Shown here: positions 57,863-64,000 of the stretch, in pieces
How the letters are laid out: the number at the start of each line of letters is the position of its first letter
How positions within the stretch are numbered: position 1 is the stretch's first letter
Origin: an uncultured Gemmatimonadota bacterium
GTDB taxonomy: Bacteria; GCA-2686955
Assembly: GCA_964490075.1 (NCBI GenBank)
Contig: CAZBBK010000017.1
Coordinates: forward strand, 1 to 64,000
DNA length: 64,000 nucleotides
Direction of reading: 5' to 3'
The notes under the pieces: model-generated
The model's database searches: none
The model's input: only the letters and a program-made list of their open reading frames with translations
Told to the model about the DNA's origin: nothing
Position numbers and translations under genes: made by a program

Positions 57863-58261
57863 ATGAGCGCATCCCGAGCAACGGACTTCTTGGGAAGAAC
57901 CGCCCTCGCAGCCCTCTGCGCGGCCATCTTCGCCTCCGCCAGTCAGGCGATCGATCTGCAGATCGAAAACAACCAGTGCCCGGACTTCTTCACCATCACC
58001 GCGGTGAACGGCACTCCCTTCGCCACCGTGGGCATCGTCTGGGCGCAATTCACCGGGCTCTACGTGATTCCCACCGGCCCCTGCGCCGGCACCCCCCTGG
58101 GACTCGACCCCGGCACCGTGATGCTGGTCCAGACCTTCACCCTGGACGGCAACGGCTTCGGCTACGCCGACTTCACCAACGTGTCGCCGCTCGCCTGCCG
58201 CGGCTTCGTGCAGCTCGTCGAAGTGCCGGGCTGTGCGACCAGTACAGTGCAATCGTTCTGA
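57863..58261 (+). CDS. Small secreted Cys-containing protein
   Basis: GAGGAG RBS, signal peptide ending SQA, four Cys in mature part. Confidence 0.75.
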   Translation: MSASRATDFLGRTALAALCAAIFASASQAIDLQIENNQCPDFFTITAVNGTPFATVGIVWAQFTGLYVIPTGPCAGTPLGLDPGTVMLVQTFTLDGNGFGYADFTNVSPLACRGFVQLVEVPGCATSTVQSF

Positions 58262-58342
58262 GCGAGGCGCGGGCGCTCCCCCGCCGGGTCCCGGCGACTT
58301 CGCCGGGACCCGGCTTCGGAGTTGGCGGGCGGCTTCCTCCTC

Positions 58343-58482
58343 CGGCGGCCATTCCCAGCGACTGAGCAGCCTCAGGAGGCGATTGGGACCTCTCGGCGGT
58401 CGCGCCGGGCTCCTGACTCTCCCCAGTGGGCGATTCTGGTCGCTATTCGGCCGTTATCGGCCCCTGAGTCGGCTCAAGAACC
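58343..58482. repeat. 140-bp dispersed repeat, copy 2 (inverted relative to 31114-31253)
   Basis: Manual alignment with copy 1; shared CTCAGGGG, ACGGCCGAA, CCAGAA, CTCAGTCGCT blocks. Confidence 0.65.
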
Positions 58483-59207
58483 GATCCGCGCCTTCACCAC
58501 CCGTGCGGCCGCTCCTCCAAGAGCGGAAAGCTCTCGCGGGTGGTCGGGAGCCAGCGATCGATCTCCAGCGCCGGTGCGGCGGCGATGCGCAGCTCGTGGA
58601 TCCCTCCTCTACGGGGCGCCGGCCGCTCCCAGTGTGGAGCCTCGCCATATCGAAACCTCAGAGAGGCCCTGGCGTTTCGATATAGCGCTTCTCGAGCGAC
58701 GCACTTCGCGAAGAAGCGCGGGCCCAGCGGGAGCTCGCGGGCCTTCGGGGCTCCATGCGCGGCTCGGGGGGGCGGTCTCTTCGCGGCCGCGCGCGGCGGA
58801 TGAACTGAGTCAGGCGCTGATTCTGGCTCTCGCGCGGTCGTTGGTGGCGGCTGAGCCGGGTCAGCGGGTGTTGTTGGTCGAGCTGCGGTCGTTCGTGCGG
58901 GCTGAGCCGGGTCTGTGGGAGGTGTTGGTTCTGGTGTCTTGATGTGGCGCTTCCCCCACGCGAAGGCGCCCGGATCGCCTCCCAACGTGCCCCTGCCCGA
59001 CTCCGTTGCCCGAATCGGGCATGGGCAGGGGCTCGATGGGAGGCGTTCCGGGCGCTTTCTGGGCGGCGAAGCGCCATATCGAGACGCCAGCGGAACGACA
59101 CCGTCGGGAGAGGAGAGGCGACGGCGTCGTAGCAGCAAGGCCGGAATCCGGTCGTATCTAGCGATTCCGATCGAGGAACTGAAGGTTGCGGCCAGATTCT
59201 GGTCACA

Positions 59208-59339
59208 ACTCACCACTCTCGATCGAGAGTCGCGAGGTACGACGCGAATACGGTCGTGGCTCCGGGTTCATCGCGATGAGCGGCGAGTTGTGGCGGATAT
59301 ACGGTCGTAGCTCCTCACTCTCGATCGAGAGTGGTGAGT
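59208..59339. repeat. 23-bp perfect inverted repeat with internal 16-bp palindrome
   Basis: ACTCACCACTCTCGATCGAGAGT (59208-59230) and its reverse complement at 59317-59339. Confidence 0.8.
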
Positions 59340-59623
59340 CGTGTCGCGAAACGGCGTCATGACTCGCGGTTCCGGGCGCGGAGCTGGGCTTTGTGTCGGG
59401 GTCGGGCGCGGGCGCGGGGGAGCGCGGCGTGCACCGGATCCTCCAGCGCCGGCTCGACCTCGACCCGCAGGCTGTCGCGGGCGCTGCCGAGTGCAGGCGC
59501 GAGGCCCGGGGCGAGCCGGAGGGGGAGCGACGGGGCTGTGTATCGGGCGGCGTGCGCGAAGTTGTGTAACGACATGATGTTACAGGGCTTGTACTGTCAC
59601 GCGGTTTGCTGTAAAAGGGTGAT

Positions 59624-60028
59624 GTGCAGCAGGATTCGTCAACCGTGGACAACACGCCGGAGCCCGTCGGCTGTAATCGCATCGCCGATTCGCTCTCCTG
59701 GCAGTGTGCGACCCGAGCCGATCTGCACGTGGCTCGCTTGGTGCACAAGGGTGAGGAGCCGGACGCGGTCTACCCGATGGCGGCCGCCACCCTTGTCGAT
59801 GGGTTCCTCGCGTGGCTCGACCGCATCGGGGTGCTGGCTCGGCTCAAAGCCCTCCGAGGCGAAGGCGTGCGGCGCCAGGTGATCCCCTTCCGCCAGTTCG
59901 TCTACCTCTACTTCTTGCGCTGTCTGGCCCTGCTCTTCGGACGTCGCGTGAAACGGCCCCAGGTCGGAGCGGCTGCCACCGTCGACGCGCTCTTCGAGCG
60001 GCTGAGGAGCGCCCAAAACGGGCCGTAG
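59624..60028 (+). pseudogene. Probable transposase N-terminal fragment
   Basis: WQCATRADLHVARLVHKGEEPDAVY...LVDGFLAWL...VRRQVIPFRQFVYLYFL recalls N-termini of DDE transposases; catalytic domain absent. Confidence 0.5.
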
Positions 60029-60465
60029 CCGTCGCCCTCGGCCGTTCCTGATCAGGGGCCCGGAACGGAGCCGCGTCGCGCCAGCGCGACCAAAGCCGCG
60101 AGCCGAGGTCGATGAGCGGTCGTTCTCCCGATCTCCGCCGCCGCGGTCACGCGTTGCGGCCAAATTCCGGTCGCAACTCCCATCTCCGCGGCCGCAATCC
60201 CCGGTTGCCACCGCCCGGGGGCCACTCGATCGCGCGCAGAGCTGGCAGACTCCTCGTCAATGAGACGGCAGGGCGCTTCGCTTGCCGCGCCATATCGAAA
60301 CGCCAGAGAGTCCCCCCCTCCCTTGAACCAACAACCCCGCTCTGGCTAAGGTCCCGGATCGTTTCGGAGCGGGGAACCCGGCGCGCCCGCTGCTCGTAGT
60401 CGGCGGGATGCGCGCCGGGCGGCTCTCTCCGGCGCAACTCGCGATACCACGCTCCCCAGGGATCC

Positions 60466-61452
60466 ATGGACGCCAGAATTCTCGAGCTCAATCGACGCAT
60501 CGAAGAAGAGAGCCGATTCACCGCAGACCTGCTGGAACAGGTGCGGCGGGCGGTGATCGGCCAGGACCACATGATCGAGCGGCTGATGGTCGGCATGCTG
60601 GCCGGCGGCCATGTGCTGCTGGAAGGGGTGCCCGGGCTGGCCAAGACGCTGACCGTGCATAGCCTGGCGCGTGCCATCGACGCCAGCTTCCGGCGCATTC
60701 AGTTCACGCCCGATCTGCTGCCGGCCGATCTGATCGGCACCCTGGTCTACAACCCGCGCGAAGGCAGCTTTACGCCGCGGCAGGGTCCGATTTTCGCCCA
60801 CATCATCCTCGCCGACGAGATCAACCGCGCCCCGGCCAAAGTACAGTCGGCGCTGCTCGAAGCGATGCAGGAGCGTCAGGTGACGATCGGCGACGCCACC
60901 TACCCGCTGGACGAGCCCTTCTTGGTGCTGGCCACCCAGAACCCGATCGAGCAGGAAGGGACCTACCCGCTGCCCGAGGCCCAGATCGACCGCTTCATGC
61001 TGAAGCTGCAGATCACCTACCCGGCCAAGGAGGAGGAGCGACGGGTGCTGGAGCTGATGGGCGTCGAGGAGCCGATCGACATCCGCGCGGTGGTCGGCCC
61101 GGATCGGATCATGGCGGCCCGCAAGGTGGTCAACGAGGTCTACGTCGACGACAAGGTCAAGGACTACATCGTCGACCTGGTGCAGGCGACGCGCACCCCG
61201 GACGACTACGGGATCGACATCGCGCGGCTGGTCGAGTACGGCGCCTCGCCGCGGGCGACGCTCTACCTGCTGCGCTCGGCGCGCGCCCTGGCCTTCCTGC
61301 GCGGGCGCGGCTACGTGACGCCCGAGGATGTGAAGTCGATGGCGCCCGACGTGCTGCGCCATCGGGTGATCGTCACGTACGAGGCGGAGGCGGAAGAGAT
61401 CGACGCCGCGGCCATCGTCGGCCGGGTTCTCGACGAGGTGCCCGTGCCGTGA
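60466..61452 (+). CDS. moxR: MoxR family AAA+ ATPase
   Basis: HVLLEGVPGLAKT, RIQFTPDLLPAD, LADEINRAPAKVQSALLEAMQE, ATQNPIEQEGTYPLPEAQIDRF. Confidence 0.96.
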   Translation: MDARILELNRRIEEESRFTADLLEQVRRAVIGQDHMIERLMVGMLAGGHVLLEGVPGLAKTLTVHSLARAIDASFRRIQFTPDLLPADLIGTLVYNPREGSFTPRQGPIFAHIILADEINRAPAKVQSALLEAMQERQVTIGDATYPLDEPFLVLATQNPIEQEGTYPLPEAQIDRFMLKLQITYPAKEEERRVLELMGVEEPIDIRAVVGPDRIMAARKVVNEVYVDDKVKDYIVDLVQATRTPDDYGIDIARLVEYGASPRATLYLLRSARALAFLRGRGYVTPEDVKSMAPDVLRHRVIVTYEAEAEEIDAAAIVGRVLDEVPVP

Positions 61453-62420
61453 GCCTCGCCCGCAGGATTCGCGACCGGATCCTGCCGCCGCCACCGACCG
61501 GCCGCTCCGATCCGAACGCCCGCGACGAAGGCCCGATCTCGGAGGAGCTGCTGGCGGCGGTGCGGCGGCTCGAGATCCGCACCCGCAACCTGGTGCACGA
61601 GGTGTTCGGGGGGCAGTACCATTCCGTGTTCAAAGGAATGGGGATGGAGTTCGCCGAGGTCCGGGAATACTACCCGGGCGACGAGGTGCGGGCCATCGAC
61701 TGGAACGTCACGGCGCGCACCGGCACGCCGCACGTGAAGCGCTTCGACGAGGAGCGCGAGCTCACCGTCCATTTCCTCTTCGACGCGTCGATGTCCGGGG
61801 CCTACACCAGCGGCGAGCGCTTCAAGCGCGAGATCGGCGCAGAGCTGGTGGCGCTGCTGGCGTTCAGCGCGGTGCGCAACAACGACAAGGTCGGACTGGG
61901 CGTCTTCACCGATCGCATGGAGCTCTTCGTGCCGCCGCGCAAGGGGCGCCGCCATGTGCTGCGCGTGGTGCGCGAGGTGCTGGCCTTTCGCGCCGATCAC
62001 CGCGGATCGGATCTCGCGGTGCCGCTGGACCACACGCTGCTGGCCCTGCGCGGGCGTTCGGTGGTCTTCGTGGTCTCGGATTTCGCCGGCGCGGGCTTCG
62101 ATAGGTCGCTCAAGGTGCTGGCCCGCAAGCACGACGTGATTCCGGTGGTGCTCTCGGATCCGCGGGAGCACGCCCTGGTCGATGCCGGACTGGTGGTGGT
62201 CGAGGATCTCGAAAGCGGGCGCCGGCACCTGGTCGACAGCGGCGATTCCGGAGTGCGCGAGAGCTACCGGAGCGCGGCGCGGCGGCGCGTGGAAGAGCTC
62301 GAGGAGCTGTTCCGCTCCGCGGCGGTCGACGGGATCGCGGTCTCCACCGAGGGGGACCACGTCGAGGCCCTGATCCGTTTCTTCAAGCTGCGGGCGCGGC
62401 GACGGGCGGCGGGGCGTTGA
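61449..62420 (+). CDS. DUF58 domain protein
   Basis: GMEFAEVREYYPGDEVRAIDWNVTAR, DASMS, VVSDF. Confidence 0.95.
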   Translation: MSLARRIRDRILPPPPTGRSDPNARDEGPISEELLAAVRRLEIRTRNLVHEVFGGQYHSVFKGMGMEFAEVREYYPGDEVRAIDWNVTARTGTPHVKRFDEERELTVHFLFDASMSGAYTSGERFKREIGAELVALLAFSAVRNNDKVGLGVFTDRMELFVPPRKGRRHVLRVVREVLAFRADHRGSDLAVPLDHTLLALRGRSVVFVVSDFAGAGFDRSLKVLARKHDVIPVVLSDPREHALVDAGLVVVEDLESGRRHLVDSGDSGVRESYRSAARRRVEELEELFRSAAVDGIAVSTEGDHVEALIRFFKLRARRRAAGR

Positions 62421-62422
62421 CC

Positions 62423-63475
62423 ATGAGGCACCGAATCCCGCTCTGGTTGGTGGTGATGCTGGGCGCGGCCGGCAGCGGGCGCGCCCTGGAGCCTCATGCC
62501 GCCGCGGTGGTGGACAGCTCTGAGACATTGCCAGGACTCCCCGTTCATTTGTCTATCGGTGTCCATCACCAGCCTGAGGACAGCGTCGGATTCCCGGCTC
62601 CAGAGAGCGCCCCATTCCCTGGTTTCTCGGTGCGGGCAATGGAGATGAGCGATCCCCTACCTTTGGACAATGGCCAGCACCGGAGCGCGGCGCGCTACCG
62701 TCTCGTCTCGCATGTCCTGGACTCGACCCTGGTCATTCCGGCGCTCTCGATCGAAATCTGGCCCCCCGAGAGCAGCGCCAGTCCAGCCCTGGCCATCACC
62801 GACGCCATCGCCGTCCGGGTCGGATCGCGCATCCCGACCGAGGACCTGGAGAGCGCCGAGGCACGCCCGGAGCGCCCCCCGGTGGCACTCCCGACGCCGA
62901 CTCCCTGGGGGAAGCTGCTGGCCGTCGCGGCGGTCACCGCATTGCTCGCCTGGCTGCTGTGGCGCCTGTGGCGGCGGCGCCAAAACCGCGACGCCCTGGA
63001 GTCGGTGTTCGTGGCCTTCGAGCCACCGCGCCCGGCCCACGAGCTCGCGCTCGAGGAGCTCGACGCGCTGGAGGCTTCGGAAGTGGCGCGCAGCGGTCCG
63101 GCCAAGCAGTTCTTCACCGAGGCCAGCGACATCTTGCGGCGCTATGTCGACCGGCGCTTCCTCGTCGATGCTCCCGACCAGACCAGCGACGAGGTGCTGC
63201 ACGCGCTGGAGGGAGCGGAGCTGCCGGGACGCACCCGCAGCCTGGTGCGCAACCTGCTCCGCGAGGCCGACCTGGTGAAGTTCGCGCGTCTCGATCCGCC
63301 CTGGTCGGAGTGGGCGAGCACGCTCGACCACGGGCGCGAGATCGTGCGCTCGACCATCCCCCCAGCGCCCGCGGAGACGCCGCTCGACAGCCTGAATGGA
63401 GCGCCAGGCAGGGCCGGCGACCGAGCCGAGTCGGCCGGCGCCGGCGATCGGAGCACGGAGGCCGGCGATGCCTGA
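62423..63475 (+). CDS. Bat-operon membrane protein
   Basis: Signal peptide, TM helix, ELALEELDAL, ILRRY, ADLVKFAR; between DUF58 and VWA genes. Confidence 0.8.
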   Translation: MRHRIPLWLVVMLGAAGSGRALEPHAAAVVDSSETLPGLPVHLSIGVHHQPEDSVGFPAPESAPFPGFSVRAMEMSDPLPLDNGQHRSAARYRLVSHVLDSTLVIPALSIEIWPPESSASPALAITDAIAVRVGSRIPTEDLESAEARPERPPVALPTPTPWGKLLAVAAVTALLAWLLWRLWRRRQNRDALESVFVAFEPPRPAHELALEELDALEASEVARSGPAKQFFTEASDILRRYVDRRFLVDAPDQTSDEVLHALEGAELPGRTRSLVRNLLREADLVKFARLDPPWSEWASTLDHGREIVRSTIPPAPAETPLDSLNGAPGRAGDRAESAGAGDRSTEAGDA

Positions 63476-64000
63476 GACGGTGTTCCGCTTCGAGTCGCCG
63501 TGGATGCTGAGCGGTCTCCTGGTGCTGCCTCTGCTCGGCGCCTGGCTCTTCGTCATCGCGCCGCGGCGACGCCCGGCGATCCGCTTCCCTCGAGTCGCCG
63601 AGCTGATCGAGATCGTGCCCTCCACCGCCCAGAAGCTCCACTGGCTGCCGAGCGCTCTGCGGGTGGGAGTGGTGGCCTTGCTGGTGCTGGCGGCGGCCCG
63701 CCCGCAGATCGGGCGGCGGGTCTCGACGGTGCTGACCGAGGGGATCGACATCTTGCTGGCACTCGACGTCAGTCGCTCGATGCTGGCCGAAGACTTCAAG
63801 CCGCGCAATCGGCTGCACGTCGCCAAGCAGACCATCGCGCGCTTCATCCGCGGGCGGCGCAACGACCGCATCGGCCTGGTGGTGTTCGCCGGTCGCGCCT
63901 ACACCCAGTGTCCGCTCACCACCGACTACGGTGTGCTGCTCTCGCTGCTCGACGAGATCGAGGTCGGCATGCTCGAGGATCCCACCGCGATCGGCACCGC
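63468..64000 (+). CDS. batA: VWA domain protein BatA-like, partial (runs off window end)
   Basis: Manual translation: FRFESPW...AAARPQ...GIDILLALDVSRSMLAEDFKP.NRL...DRIGLVVFAG.AYTQCPLTTD. Confidence 0.9.
   Translation, partial: MPETVFRFESPWMLSGLLVLPLLGAWLFVIAPRRRPAIRFPRVAELIEIVPSTAQKLHWLPSALRVGVVALLVLAAARPQIGRRVSTVLTEGIDILLALDVSRSMLAEDFKPRNRLHVAKQTIARFIRGRRNDRIGLVVFAGRAYTQCPLTTDYGVLLSLLDEIEVGMLEDPTAIGT

Noticed and set aside
58660-59000. Pro/Thr-rich ORFs with short GGCTGAGCCGGGTC repeats
   Set aside because: Low-complexity, no convincing start or family motif; cannot support a gene call.
59185-60179. Palindromes as integron attC sites or CRISPR repeats
   Set aside because: Do not fit RYYYAAC...GTTRRRY ends, only two copies each, no integrase or cas gene.

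Overview
High-GC bacterial scaffold (MAG-like, with a 100-N gap at 22537-22636) mixing housekeeping/metabolic genes (rnhB, two-subunit hydantoinase/oxoprolinase, SCP2, AtuA-family protein, TetR + three-part acyl-CoA carboxylase operon, mtnA, yjbQ, glutamate dehydrogenase, cysteine desulfurase-like, MBL hydrolases, MoxR-DUF58-BatA operon) with many accessory genes (toxin-antitoxin modules and remnants, a lower-GC TcmP/DUF5131 insert, secreted beta-helix proteins, a kinase-TPR-GAF-GGDEF protein). The best candidate for an undescribed system is a compact minus-strand RiPP-like cassette at 50581-54560: PqqD/RRE, GNAT-like protein, radical SAM/SPASM enzyme, a 62-aa three-Cys precursor with a WxxPxV leader, an HPr-kinase-related P-loop protein and an S24/S26 peptidase. 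A second candidate is a subtilisin (S8) protease whose C-terminus carries about 12 tandem 10-aa L(D/E)AS-G repeats resembling cyanobactin protease recognition sites. Also seen: a shared 18-bp TetR-type operator in front of the SCP2 gene and the TetR/carboxylase operon, a NifB/NifX-SlyD fusion, an MNT-HEPN pair with an in-frame TAG in each gene, and a 140-bp dispersed repeat. All family calls come from motif recognition by eye; no database search was run.
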